DNA of 64,000 nt from Amphiscolops sp. MND2022. Its lineage: Eukaryota. Shown here in pieces: positions 52,123 to 64,000 of the stretch (position 1 is its first letter; each line of letters begins with the position of its first letter). Under the pieces are notes generated by a model that did not search any database, was not told the origin of the DNA, and was given only the letters and a program-made list of their open reading frames with translations. The position numbers and the translations under genes are program-made. The stretch lies in contig OZ076409.1 of assembly GCA_964187785.1 (NCBI GenBank), forward strand, positions 248,001 to 312,000. Reading direction: 5' to 3'.

Positions 52123-52527
52123 CTATCTTGTTGTTCGGCAGTTCAATATATAACACGGCTCGTCGTCCAGAGCCCCAGGTTTCCAGTATTCATTGGGTGC
52201 ATTGAAACATATCACGGACTCCATTACTTGTCCATTTGGTAGTATAGCTCTTTCAATGAAAGAGAACTTGACTGTTACTGGTTTTTTGTTCCTTTTTGTA
52301 TTTTCACTCCGTAGAGAAGAGATTAGAGTGAGCGAGGTTGTTGGGGTTGTCTCAGGAATGGGTTTGCTTCTTTTGATCCTCCAAGCTCTCGGATGTGTCG
52401 GAGAGGTTTGATTGGTGGTTGAGTCGGCAAAATGCACGTTTTTTCTGTGTGGTGGTCCATAATTTGAGAGCAGTTCATCTATCGGACGAATACACGACCT
52501 GATTGGCATTGCTGAGGGATTGAACAT
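52123..52527 (-). CDS. Hypothetical protein (134 aa) with RVxF-type PP1-docking motif
   Basis: ATG-initiated unique ORF containing PIRSCIR ... RKNVHFAD; a CCAAT box (plus-strand ATTGG at ~52814) and a tandem repeat lie upstream. Confidence 0.5.
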   Translation of the reverse strand: MFNPSAMPIRSCIRPIDELLSNYGPPHRKNVHFADSTTNQTSPTHPRAWRIKRSKPIPETTPTTSLTLISSLRSENTKRNKKPVTVKFSFIERAILPNGQVMESVICFNAPNEYWKPGALDDEPCYILNCRTTR

Positions 52528-52823
52528 GATAGGGTTGATGTCAGCTCGGAACTGGGCTTGCTATGTGCTCTTTGACCAGCTGATGAATGTAGACTTCCTT
52601 GGAATCCTTTCAGCTCTATGCAGTATAATCTGCAACGCTAGTGTCGTTTGAACTAGCTATATCAATACTTTTGTGTTGCTATGAACTTATGAATTTGATT
52701 GTATTTTGTAAGCCTTGGAAATCTTCTTCCTTCTTAGGCGACAAAACAACGCAATACTAACTCATGGAATGAGAAATGACGTTGAAAAAAAATTGGATAA
52801 AAATTTGAATTTGATTGGTTGTT

Positions 52824-53450
52824 GCACTTGGTGGGACCTGTCACTACTTTACTAAGCATTGATGGGACATTTTAACGCAGTTGTTTGTTTTCATTCACCA
52901 AGTAAATCAGTGATTGCTCTCTCTCTTGATTGCCAGCTTGGATGCCAAGCTTTCAACTTGGTTCATTCACCACCAAACACCTTATGGGACTGGCGGGGTT
53001 TCTTGACGCTTCTGTTGTTAATGTTTGAAAAACAAATAGGACGTTTTCGAAAAAGCACTTGGTGGGACCTGATACTTTAATTTATTAAGCATTGATGGGA
53101 CTTTTTAACACAGTCGTGTTTGCTTCCATTTACCATGTAAATTAGTGATTGCTCTCTCTTGATTGCCAGCTTGGATGCCAAGCTCTCAACTTGGTTCATT
53201 CACCACCAAACACCTCATGGGGCTGGCAGGGTTTCTTGACGCTTCTGTTGTTAATGTTTGAAAAACAAATAGGACGTTTTCGAAAATGCACTTGGTGGGA
53301 CCTGAAACTGTAATTTACTAAGCATTGATGGGACTTTTACCGCAATCTTGTTTGTTTCTATTCACCAAGTAAATTAGTGATTGCCCCCTCTTGATTGAAT
53401 CCAAACCAACAGCTTGTATGTCAAGCTCTCAACTTGGTTCATTCACCACC
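52824..53450. repeat. ~232-bp tandem repeat, ~2.7 units
   Basis: GCACTTGGTGGGACCTG at ~52824, 53056 and 53288. Confidence 0.95.
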
Positions 53451-55789
53451 CAAAACCGGGATGACTGACATGGGTGGATGACCGAAGTGGATGACTCTCC
53501 TGCTGTAATTGGTAAATTTAAAGGATTGTCCCACTGCGTCAAAAATTTTTACAATGAATTTTTTATTGAATTTTTTGGAGCATACTTTCGAGAATACTAG
53601 TATTATTAAATAATCACATGGTTAAAAAAACGTTCTTTCTAGAAAAACGTCGTTTTTAATGTTTTTTTTTCAATCAAAATAGCGATTTAAATCGATTTTT
53701 TTCCAAAACCGTTTCTCGAAAATTTCTTTCAAAACGAGGGATGTTAAATATTTCAACAAAACGCATCAAAAATTTCAATTTTTCAGCCTTTTTTGGCATA
53801 AGCTCACGTTTCTGAGCTTTCTCGTGAGACAATTTGTACAATTCAACACGCGGCCTTCGACAAAAAATATCAATGAAAAAACCGGCGAACTAATTCCCGA
53901 ATTGAATTGCGATTTAAATTGGTGCGAATTTTTTGACAACCCTGCATTATCAATCCACCTCATTTGCTCTTGTTATTTGGTAATCCACCAAATGAAACTA
54001 TAGTATATGGCAAGAGAATAAAAGATGTGACTGAATAAAAGATGTAAAGAAACGATGTGACTGAGTGTTTGTCCGTTGACGAATCCGCACTCAGCGGGAC
54101 TTAGACCCCTTTTGTACTATACATACTTGGTGAGAATTGAAAAAATACTCTAGCTTGGCCATGGGGGGGCATGGATTTTTTCAGAATCACATTGCGTTGC
54201 TTTTTTATTTTACTTCCATAATGGAAATAAAATAAAAAAAGCAACGCAATGTGATTGTGCGTTGACGACTTGTCAGCGCGCAAATCTCATTGCGTTGCTT
54301 TTTTATCTTATTTCCATAATGGAAGTAAGATAAAAAACAAGCAACGCAATGACGAAGTGGGGGTTCGTCAATGACAAAGTGGTGGTAACAGAGGTGCTCA
54401 AAAATTAATGGAAACTATTATTTTTTAATTGTTCAAAACAGAAAATCCATAAAGTTTACAAATGTTTACATCAATAATGGCCATAATGGCTATTGATGGC
54501 TCAAATTTTCTCATGGCGCAAACAGCTGGAGTTTACAGGAGTTCTGGTATTTGATTCGTAAAATTAACCTTGATTAACACGAATAACAATTATCCTCTAC
54601 AATAAATAATCTTGTATTGTATTCAAATGGAATTTATTGAATTTTATTGATGTCCCTATTTGTTGCGTAGCAAATAAATGAAACTTAAATTGTACATTAT
54701 TTCAGACACTATAGCCTAATCGGTACAGTGCTTGAATTATAAACGCAAGGTCAAGGGTTCGAAACTCGGTATTAGTCGATCTTTGCAAAAACACCAATTG
54801 GTTATACATGCACTTTTGCAAACATTATTCAAAAGAACACTTCGTTTTCAAAACTTTGTATATAGCTATTTGTTTTTAATAATTAAAGTTGATCTTTTTT
54901 TCAGTCGATGTTGCTATGATTTTGAATATGCTATAATCATTTATTGGGACTAAAAATTGCAAATTACAATACATTCTTGCCCTATCTCCTTTAACCGATC
55001 CTCGCGACTGTCAATATCTTTATAATATGTGTTTTCAAAATTGAAACCCAGTTCATTCATCAAAACAGCTCAAGAATTGAAATCGTCTTGTATTCATTAG
55101 AAGTTTGAATATATCAATGAAATACATTCCCTCAATAAATTATCTTTGAAATCAATTTGAAGTATCATCAAGTAAAACACGGGAATTATGAGTGTGACAA
55201 ACATTCTAAGGAATTAAAAGATAAACCCACCCTCTCTTGGCAAATGATTGAAACTTTTCGCCTGAAAATCTCTCTAACTATTTCAATCCTATGTTTAATC
55301 ATTGTACTCAGTAAATGATTTTTGGCTCATAGTCAAATGGGACCATCTGTTTAACTCCGAGGGATGCCAAAAAATATTTCCTATGCACACTGTTCTTCTG
55401 GTAAAATTATTTGACACTAAAAATAAATTATTTGTATTTTATCAGAGAGAAAGTAAGTTATTTGTATTTTTTTTCGCGTTCCATTAAAATACTTTGATTG
55501 TATTTATTGGAATTATTTAGGCAAAAATTATTTTTAAATCATTATTTTGACAATCAATGTATTGTATACAATTATGTCGACATCAATTGTTTTCTTGATC
55601 AAAGTTTCAACGCAAACGATGTCGACAATGGTATTTGTCTTATCCCCCCTGCGACCGCATGATTCGACAAATGTTTTTCACAAAGTCAATATAAAGTCTT
55701 TTTTTTCTACAAATCGTCAAATCAACTTTTGTAATTTTTACGTTATTATTTGTTCGCCCTGCTCATCAAACACCAGCATACATCATCTT

Positions 55790-55910
55790 TTTCCAATCTG
55801 CCAAATTTCGGCTATTGTGATTGGTTGATCAACCAAAATCCGGCTAACGTGATTGGTCGATCTTGAGCTGCTGAGACGAAGTCAAGTTACAGTTTCAGGT
55901 TCAGTTTGTG
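55790..55910 (+). promoter_or_regulatory. CCAAT-rich putative promoter of the ZnF-JmjC gene
   Basis: CCAATC at ~55793, GATTGG at ~55819 and ~55851, initiator-like TCAGTT at 55901, about 90 nt before the ATG. Confidence 0.45.
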
Positions 55911-55993
55911 TTGAACATTTGTCCCGTGCAGTAGTAGACATTTGGTAAACTTTCTACCACCTTCAATAAAAGACCTAGATTGCAGATTCCAGA

Positions 55994-56079
55994 ATGACCT
56001 TCACTTGTATCAAACTGCTTCAAAGAGTTTGATTCCAACAAGCAATGGTTCTACACGCGTCATCAATCTACATGCCTTG
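55994..56079 (+). CDS. ZnF-JmjC gene exon 1 (C2HC finger 1; one extra base at ~56009)
   Basis: ATG ACC TTC ACT TGT [A] TCA AAC TGC... gives MTFTCSNCFKEFDSNKQWFYTRHQSTCL if one nt is removed; donor G|GTGAGT in phase 1. Confidence 0.65.
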
Positions 56080-56379
56080 GTGAGTTCAGATATTATGTTG
56101 GATTTGAAAAATATTTTCAAAATGAGAAATTTCGAAATTTTTTTGAAGCCAAGTTTTGGGGAAAAGTTTTAGTTTAAACCCCGAATGAAACAAACAAAAA
56201 GAAAACGAATATTTGTTGACTATTGTTTTCCTTTTTCATGCTATCATAAGTGAGGCCCAAAGTAGTGTTTTCTATGTAACTCATGCTTTGCCATTTAAAA
56301 TTTGAACTAATTCCATTTTTATGTTCTTTGATCTTATGTTATTTGAAGATCTAGAGATATTAACTTCATTCTGTTTTAG

Positions 56380-56556
56380 CTCATCAACAACGGAAAACTT
56401 TGAGTATTCATCGCTGTACTTGTCCTGAATGCGGTCTGATTTGCGCCAGCACTGGAAAACTCAAGCAACACCTGTCAAAAAACACTTGTTTGAGACGTCA
56501 GCAAGAAATCAGAGAGCGAGGAATTGAGGCATCCGACTTGTATTCACCAGAACCCA
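56380..56556 (+). CDS. ZnF-JmjC gene exon 2 (C2HC finger 2)
   Basis: TTTTAG| acceptor; CTCPECGLICASTGKLKQHLSKNTC; donor A|GTGAGT; phase 1 at both ends. Confidence 0.75.
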
Positions 56557-58309
56557 GTGAGTTCTTTTCTTGTGAATTCTTGACAATGTAATTTTTACTA
56601 GTTTATTTTTTTAACTAGTGACTTTACCTTATTTCCGTCCCACCAAGGCCTAGTAAAAAGTGGGGTCTATGTCCCACCAACTCTGGTTTCGTAAACGTTG
56701 GGTAAATTAAAATCAGGAGCATTTTGAGTGAGAAAATAATGTAATATTTGAAAAAGAAAATAAAACATAACAGTATAAAACTGAATGAACTTGGTACTGT
56801 CTCACTCAATCAGAATAGGCATCGAATACTTTCCTTTCAAGTGAAATATTTCAAGTCAAGTGGTTTATTAACTTGGACGGTGATGTTGCTCGGCGCCGCA
56901 CTGGTACTATATGAAAACGATATGAACACTACAGTATAGCCCCAGTTTTGCACCGAGACGAAATTCGTCGTGTTACAATTGAAGAATTTCTGATTATTGA
57001 TATAAATTAACGGATCTTGTTTGCTAATACCCACCCCCACCCCACTCACAGGAAAATTTATCTGTCCCCAGAGTGTTTGCAGAAAATTGCCACCTTCACG
57101 GAAATTAATCAATTATTGAATCTAAGCTTTCGAATGTTTCAAACAAAAACTATGAAGTCAGGTTCGTTCCACGCTTGTGTGAACAAGAAAAGGTGATCAT
57201 TGATTGGAAAATGAAGGTTGTCACGCTGCATGAACAACTTGACTTTCACTTCTAAGATCCCGGTCAACACGTAAAATGGCTCTATCCAAAATGAATTTAA
57301 GCAAACTCGTGACCATTACCAAAACTAAATGGGATACTGTTGCCCTTTATCAGTAAGCTGGGATAATTCCTCTGACAAAACAGTGAAAAAACGACTACGC
57401 TGAAAATCCAAAACTTTTAAGTGGGAAAAGGGAAATAAGTTCGCGGGAGCCATTAGCAAACAATATCCAAATTAAACTTGATTTGACATATTTCGACTAG
57501 CACTTTCCTGAGGTTTATATAAAATGCAGTACATATAAGACTCATGATAGTGTCTAGATGATCTACGTTGAGCTAAAAATAGTTCCTTTTTCTTCAATGT
57601 ATCTTGTTATCTTGTTAAAATATCGATGTTATAAATCAATATAATACAGTACAGTGGCGTCTTTGGTGGCGTCTTTGAACCCTTAAACAACAAAAGACAA
57701 CACAAAAATGTCTCCCCTTCTAGATTATTTCAATCGTATTGCAAACGCAACAATAGTTTTTATATTCATTCCCATCAGGATGCTTCTTTATGCTGCTTTA
57801 TTTTCTGCTGTTAGAATAGGCCCCCATTAGAAAAAACTCGAAATCACATCGCGTTGCTATTTCACTTTAAATGACTGAAAATCACGCCGCATTACTATTT
57901 CAATGAAATTCACTGGAGAAAACCACATCGCGTTGCTATTTCAATGAAGTTACTCGAAAATCACATCGCGTTGCTATTTCACCGAAGTTACTCGAAAATC
58001 ACATCGCGTTGCTATTTCACCGAAGTTTGAAATTAGCTATAGGAAAAGCTGCTCTATAGATCGTTTTGAGAGTCAAAAATAGAAGCAGTAAATACTTGAT
58101 TATTCGAGGCCAAGTTTCGAACCCACAATGATAACAAAGCAATCAAATTATTAAATGTAAAGCGGCAAAAAGAACGAAAAAATTAAATAATATTTGACAA
58201 CAATTAATTGCAAACAACAGTAACACAAATAGCAAGGCCTTTTCTCGAAGTTATTTTACTGAAATCAAGAAAAAAATTTAGATCTTATTTCCGAAATAGG
58301 AAATATTTT

Positions 58310-58380
58310 ACCTGTCCGGGAATCGCACCCAAGACCTTATGGTTCGAAAGCTAGCGCACTAACTATTTGGCCATAGCGCC
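58310..58380 (-). pseudogene. Degenerate tRNA-like sequence (anticodon-position TCG)
   Basis: GGCGCTATGGCCAAATAGTTAGTGCGCTAGCTTTCGAACC..GGGTGCGATTCCC; the acceptor stem does not pair. Confidence 0.45.
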
Positions 58381-60088
58381 TTGAAAATGAACAACTAAAA
58401 TTTGCTTTTAATCTTATTGCTTGTCAACAAAGTTACTCGAAAATCACATCGCGTTGCTATTTCAATAAGTTACTCGAAAATCACATCGCGTTGCTATTTC
58501 ACCGAAGGTAGTCGAAAATCACATCGCGTTGCTATTTCACCGAAGTTACTCGAAAATCACACCGCGTTGCTATTTCAGATGAAATTACTCAAAATCACAC
58601 CGCGTTGCTATTTCATAAGAAACTGCTCAAAATCACACTGCGTTGCTATTTCACAAGAAATTACACAAAATCAGACCGCGTTGCTATTTCAATGAAAGTT
58701 TGAATTGTATTTAGAGAATTGATGATTTTTAGGTACTTTCCTGAAACCGGAGTCTTTAAGTCAATGAACTGATTGTACGGTCTCTATATAGTGCGTCCGG
58801 TCTATTAGGAATGGTTTTTCAATTGTCCGGTCCATTAGGAAAGTACCGATTTTTATTTTAAATAGAAAAAATTTTCAATGAAACCATATCAGCATCCGCA
58901 GGAGACTTGGGGGCAAACGATGGATAGAAAATTTTCCAAAAATATTTTTAACTTTGTGAAAATCAAGAAAAAGTGCAAATTTGATGAAAATTGTATCTTT
59001 TCTGTTATTCCCCCCTCCCCCAAAGTAAGCTCGGAAGTTTAATTCCCCACCACTATCAGTGATGAGTTTCAGTTGCAGTTAGAGCTATAAAATACTGCAA
59101 TTCCATCGGTTGTTAATATTTATTCAATGATAATTTCTCTTGGCCGCTTAACGTGGTGGGGGGATTACCAGTAAAGATCCTGAAATTTTGTCAAATTTTC
59201 GTATTTCTAACTTTTGTAATTTTTCTCGCAGAATTTTCAAACAAACATTTTTGTAAATTAGATAAAAGTCTAAGAAACTTTTGTAGCTGACAATGTTAAA
59301 GATATTTGAGTTTTAAATTCGCTATTTTGAGCAATGGAGTTGCGATCAGGGATTTGCATTAAAAGAATATATTATTAATGGATATCCTACATTCAATAAA
59401 TGCATTACTTTGACTGGCATTTTCATTAAATACTCTAACTTTCAAACAACATTAATTAATACATTTATTGTACAATAAATTGCCGAGTTTTCATTTTTTC
59501 CTCGCCGTTGAGCACTTTTTGCACACTTTCTCGGTTACAGAATGAACCATTCTTGGTCATTCTTGGCGCTTATTGAAATAGTACAGTGTTTCATTTCAAA
59601 AATGATTTTCAACATTTTTTAAAAAGGGGACATTTGCTCAGAGCCAGCAGTTGATATAGTTGATATCTGAGACCTATCCATAGATATCTACAGATATGTT
59701 ACAGATATCAAACGCCTCCGCCTGCCAAGTGTTTAACTTTGGTGATCTGACAAGCGGAAGCTGTTGCTCTGAGCCATAGTCCCCTATTCACAGTAAAGTA
59801 ATTGGAATATATATACACAGTACATGTATACATTCCGCGCCGCGCCTCATACCACACTGTTACGAATGAAGTGGCGCTTGAACGTGATAATTGACATTCG
59901 AAAATGATGAAGGGATCTTTTCTGTTAGCACAAAAATTATTAATTGGTAGGCTTGTATTGCATTGCAATACAAAATTACCAACCCCTGGTTCCCCCACCA
60001 ATTTAATACCCCCAGTTAAGAGGTCAAGTGAAATTATCATTGAAATAGTAGTATTAATAATAATATTTGTAATAAAAAAATATTTATA

Positions 60089-60685
60089 CAATAGTGTAAG
60101 AAATAAACTGAACCCTTATTTGTAAAAAAAGAATTGGACCAAAACAAAACTAGCTCTGATTTCTGCTATCATCCAAGTTATTTGAAAATCAAATAAACAA
60201 ACATTCTGAAATTTTGTTGCGCACTTGAAATGTAAGTTTGCAAATAATGAAGAAACTTCTTAATTTCATTTTTGATTGATTGTATTTACTACTGAATTGG
60301 CATAGGGGACATCATTTTGGACAATTTTGTAACATTTGGCACCTAATTTGGAACTTTTATTTATTTGGCAGACACTTCTTCATTTACTGAAGCCATTCAT
60401 TTTTTTTACATTAAGGTAATTGGTATTTTATAGTTTTTGAAAGGGGTTCTCTTCTATTACATTTTATTTACTATTTTAATACGTGGGACACAGCTATTTT
60501 TCGCAAAGATTGGGAATTATGCTTTCGGTTTTAGATTTTTAACCGATAAAATTATAATCACGAGAATCTGCTAACTAAGGCGATTATGCCCATTATCTTA
60601 GACATTCAATTTATCCTTGCTATGTTTACATGCAGTCCAAATTATTTCTCACAAATAAGGGTTCAGTTCTTTTCTTACACTATTG
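60089..60685. mobile_element. Tc1/mariner-type MITE in an intron
   Basis: ~35-bp TIR CAATAGTGTAAGAAATAAACTGAACCCTTATTTGT and its inverse, flanked by TA on both sides. Confidence 0.8.
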
Positions 60686-61547
60686 TAACTCTAACTGCAC
60701 CTGAATAAAACTCATCGTTGATTCTGGGGAAAATTACAATTTTCGCTCTTACTGTGAGGGGGATTGGCTTTGGTAAACAGAAAAGATCCTGATAAAGTGT
60801 TTGAAATAAAAAACATGAGTACAAAATCATTCAATACGTGGAAAACACTTACAATTGATAATCATATAATAAATCCAATAAAGAAGTACATGAATATACA
60901 TTTTATGTCCCACCAAGGCCTAGTGAAAAGTGGGGTCTATGCAAGGTTGTAAAAATAAGTATTTTTAAATAAATATTTTTAAACAGATATAATTATTTTT
61001 CGACTCAAACAGTTTAGTGAACAAACACGGTCAGCTGTTTATAACGGGGCTGTTTATAATGGCGTAAAAATGTTTCATAGCGGCTCTCAACTTTTATGTC
61101 CCACCAAGGCCTTTTAAAAAAGGGGTCTATGTCCCACTAAGCCGGCTTTGCATAAACAAGTGAAGAAGTTTCCTGGAAATGATATGTATTTATAATGATC
61201 ACCAGAACAAAAAGTCTTATTGGTATTCACTGATTACCGTTTATAGGTTTTTTGTACTGATGGTTGATTGAGTGACATGTTGTAAAAAAGCAGGTCCATG
61301 TCCCACCAAGTGCGTTTTGGTCCCCACGGTATTGTAACTATTGAAGCACGGCCTAACACCCAGTCATGCCAGAATTATCAAGATATTGATGAATTGACTA
61401 CATTGAAGACTCATACCAATGAAAGAATCAAACGCATTTAAAGTGATATAAACAAATCACAAACCTAAAAAATTCTACGGGAAAACAAATTCAGATAAAT
61501 ATATAGATGAAAGTCTTTAATAACGTATCAACTAAAACTTGTTTCAG

Positions 61548-62802
61548 AACGTCAGAAGGGCTCATTCGAATGCAATTCTTGTGGGAAGATACTAACGAGA
61601 CATTTCGATTTGCTCCGTCATCGACAAACAAATAAACAATGTAGAGGTCTGCAAGCTAGAACCACATCGTGTATTACAACTCCAGTAGATGTTCCTGTTG
61701 ATGTAACCGGAGATGATGTACCTTCTCCCGAACCCGATGCTGCAACAACTTCTCTCGACAGGACACCCAGAGTTAGCCCTGAAAGGCAACAGTCTGTTCC
61801 TCCCCTAGGAGAACTTTTCGGTGAAACAGTTACTTTTGAAGAAGTAATTGCTTCTGGTGAAGTGTTTCCCCCCGAATTAATAACCCCTCCTAGAGAAAGA
61901 GAGACTGCTCGTGAAGTGACTGCTCGTGAAGAGACTGCTCGTGAAGAAGAGACTGCTACTGAAGAAGAGACTGCTCCTGAAGAAGAGACTGCTCCTGAAG
62001 AAGAGACTGCTCCTGAAGAAGAGACTGCTCCCGGAGGAGAGATTGCTCTTGAAGAAGAGACTGCTCTGAAAGAAAAACAAAAGATACCGGAAATTGAACT
62101 GCCGTATTTAGATTCCTTCAAATGGGGTTCAAACAATCGTTCCAAAGTTGGGTCAAAAAAGTTTTTGGATTTAATTCGAGGGAAAGTACCAGTCACCCAA
62201 AGTTTCACTGTCAACAACCGCCAGGATTTCAAGAACCGAATGACGAGAAGTACACCATGTCCTGTAGTTTTGAGACAAGCTAGGGGCAAACTTGCTGGTC
62301 TTGTTGTTCCTAGTGCCATACACGGTACCTTCCGTAAATTAACTGAGGGAATCCCTTGCAGCAGGAAAGTAAATGTGTGTTTTTCAGCACTCCAGGAAGT
62401 GGAGAACAATATGACCTTGGCAAGTTTTTTGGGGCATCATGAAGACCCATTCCGCGAGCGAGATCTTCATCCAATGAACATCATCGACCTTGACATTGGT
62501 CCGCATCAGAGGACAATGAAACACACATTTTCGATTCCAAACTTGATAAAAGAATATTCTCTGGGTCATACTTACACCTCAAGAATGGATCCCTCAATCC
62601 GAGAAGAGTTTGACTTCACTGCTGGCATCAGCAATTACCTCTTGATGACTGAACAGGAAGCACAGACGGATTGGCATCAGGATTTCACCGGAAGTTCTGT
62701 TTTTTACTTTTTGTTGAAGGGAAGGAAAGAATTTTTCATCGTGGAGCCAACCCAGAAAGCCCAACAGCGTTTTGACGAATGGCGAGAGAGTGAATGGAAA
62801 AG
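61548..62802 (+). CDS. ZnF-JmjC gene exon 3 (C2HC finger 3, acidic repeat, N-half of JmjC)
   Basis: TTTCAG| acceptor; FECNSCGKILTRHFDLLRHRQTNKQC; EEETAP repeats; YLLMTEQEAQTDWHQDFTGSSVFYFLLKGRKEFFIVEPT; donor AG|GTTTGT. Confidence 0.88.
61900..62070 (+). repeat. Coding 15/18-bp tandem repeat (EEETAP)
   Basis: GAAGAAGAGACTGCTCCT units, frame-preserving. Confidence 0.95.
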
Positions 62803-63063
62803 GTTTGTAAAAAGGAAAACTCAGTTTTTACTTCAGTTTAGATTAATAATTGTGATCTTTTTCCTTATTGTTAAGTTGTAATTGGTTATGTGATTGTTGT
62901 CAACAACTGTTAAAAGCTGAAGGTTATGACTGAAGATATTTCCAAAAAAGGGTTTGCTTTTCACGAGTTACAAGATACCTTCAAGGGGCTGAAACTTCTT
63001 AGAAAATTTCCGATGTTTAAAGTAGAAGTTAGTTCTCTCAACTTTGATTAATGTTGTTTTCAG

Positions 63064-63520
63064 CTCCACTTTCTTCGGTTTCCATCGAGATGTCACATGC
63101 TATCATATTGTGGTAGAAGAAGGAGACGCTATCTTCTTACCAAGCCAGTGGATTCACTTTGTTCACACCCCTGTTGATAGCATTGCTTATGCGTGTAACT
63201 TCATTATGGAAACCCACCTCCACCAGAGTGCCCTAGCCTTCAAGAAGGAGCTAGACGCAGGTTTGGCAAGACGTTTCTTGTTCCCAAACTTCCCAGGTTT
63301 GATAGTGATGCAGCTCTACATGGAATGGGCTAATAAAAACCGCGTGAGTCCTATCACGAAAGCCGCCATGCGTGAGATGCTGCAGATCATAAAAGCTGAT
63401 GAGCGACCAACTGGTAAAGAATTTCCGCTGGAAAATCCCTGGGCAGAGTTCTTGTATCGCTATGCAGCAACTGTCAGCGACTTGCATTGGGATGTAATTG
63501 AGGATTGGCTACAACGTTGA
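63064..63520 (+). CDS. ZnF-JmjC gene exon 4 (C-half of KDM2/KDM7-type JmjC)
   Basis: TTTTCAG| acceptor, in-frame join; FFG..CYHIVVEEGDAIFLPSQWIHFVHTPVDSIAYACNF..FPNF; stop at 63518-63520. Confidence 0.9.
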
Positions 63521-64000
63521 GGAGAAACAACAGAGTCCAGAAAGTGCAGCTTGAGGAAGTCTTCAATTTCAGTTTCAAAACTTGATTTTCGGCTCTTTAT
63601 TGACTGATGAACATGCAAACAGTTTGCTTTCTTTATTTAGTGTCATGTGTTTTTTACTTACTGAGCACTTTTGCTTACTTTTTTTACTTACGTAGTAAAT
63701 ACTATACCAGCAGAGGTGTGATCGCTAACAATTTTATCGCAAATCGCTAACATCGCTAATGGCTTGATTTCATCGCTATCGCTACAACAAAATGGGTGGT
63801 TCGCTAACGCTATCACTATTTTAAAAACCTGATTTTCAGAAAGATCATATGAAAATTTCAGAATGTACTTTAAAATTAATAAATTTTGAAGTTTTGGGCA
63901 AATTGTACTTCGCCTACAAAGCCGGGCTCATCGAATAACTGTTCGAAAGGAAAAAGCCAAAATGATGTGTCAAGTTATTCGCAATAATTTTTTGCATTAG

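Noticed and set aside
61618..62409. 263-aa minus-strand ORF
   Set aside because: Antisense shadow of the JmjC exon and its repeat.

Overview
AT-rich, repeat-dense eukaryotic DNA with spliceosomal introns (probably an invertebrate animal); no prokaryotic features. There are three zones. (1) 1-17.5 kb is a nested transposon stack. Helentron-type short repeats are interrupted by an 8.7-kb almost fully palindromic non-coding element with Polinton/Maverick-type ends (AGTAGT...ACTACT, 6-bp TSD CCCTTC) and 84-bp satellite arms, and by a decayed Ty3/Gypsy element. (2) 17.9-20.8 kb holds three GC-rich exons of a host SPATIAL-domain (TBATA/C4orf17-like) gene whose next exon is not found in the window. 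(3) ~21.6-64 kb is a patchwork of reshuffled repeat modules (GTCCCAC clusters, a 37-bp minisatellite, 5S- and tRNA-derived pieces, hAT and Tc1 MITEs, fold-backs) carrying small regulatory-type genes. These are three atypical mini-RING genes (one spliced and absent from the ORF track), an ORF with a PP1-docking motif, an ORFan, a Tudor-like remnant, and a four-exon gene for three C2HC zinc fingers + acidic repeat + KDM2/KDM7-type JmjC domain with a 1-nt frameshift in exon 1. No intact transposase, polymerase or capsid gene was recognised, so reading zone 3 as one giant cargo-carrying element is a hypothesis. All calls are by eye; repeat boundaries are approximate unless a TSD is given.
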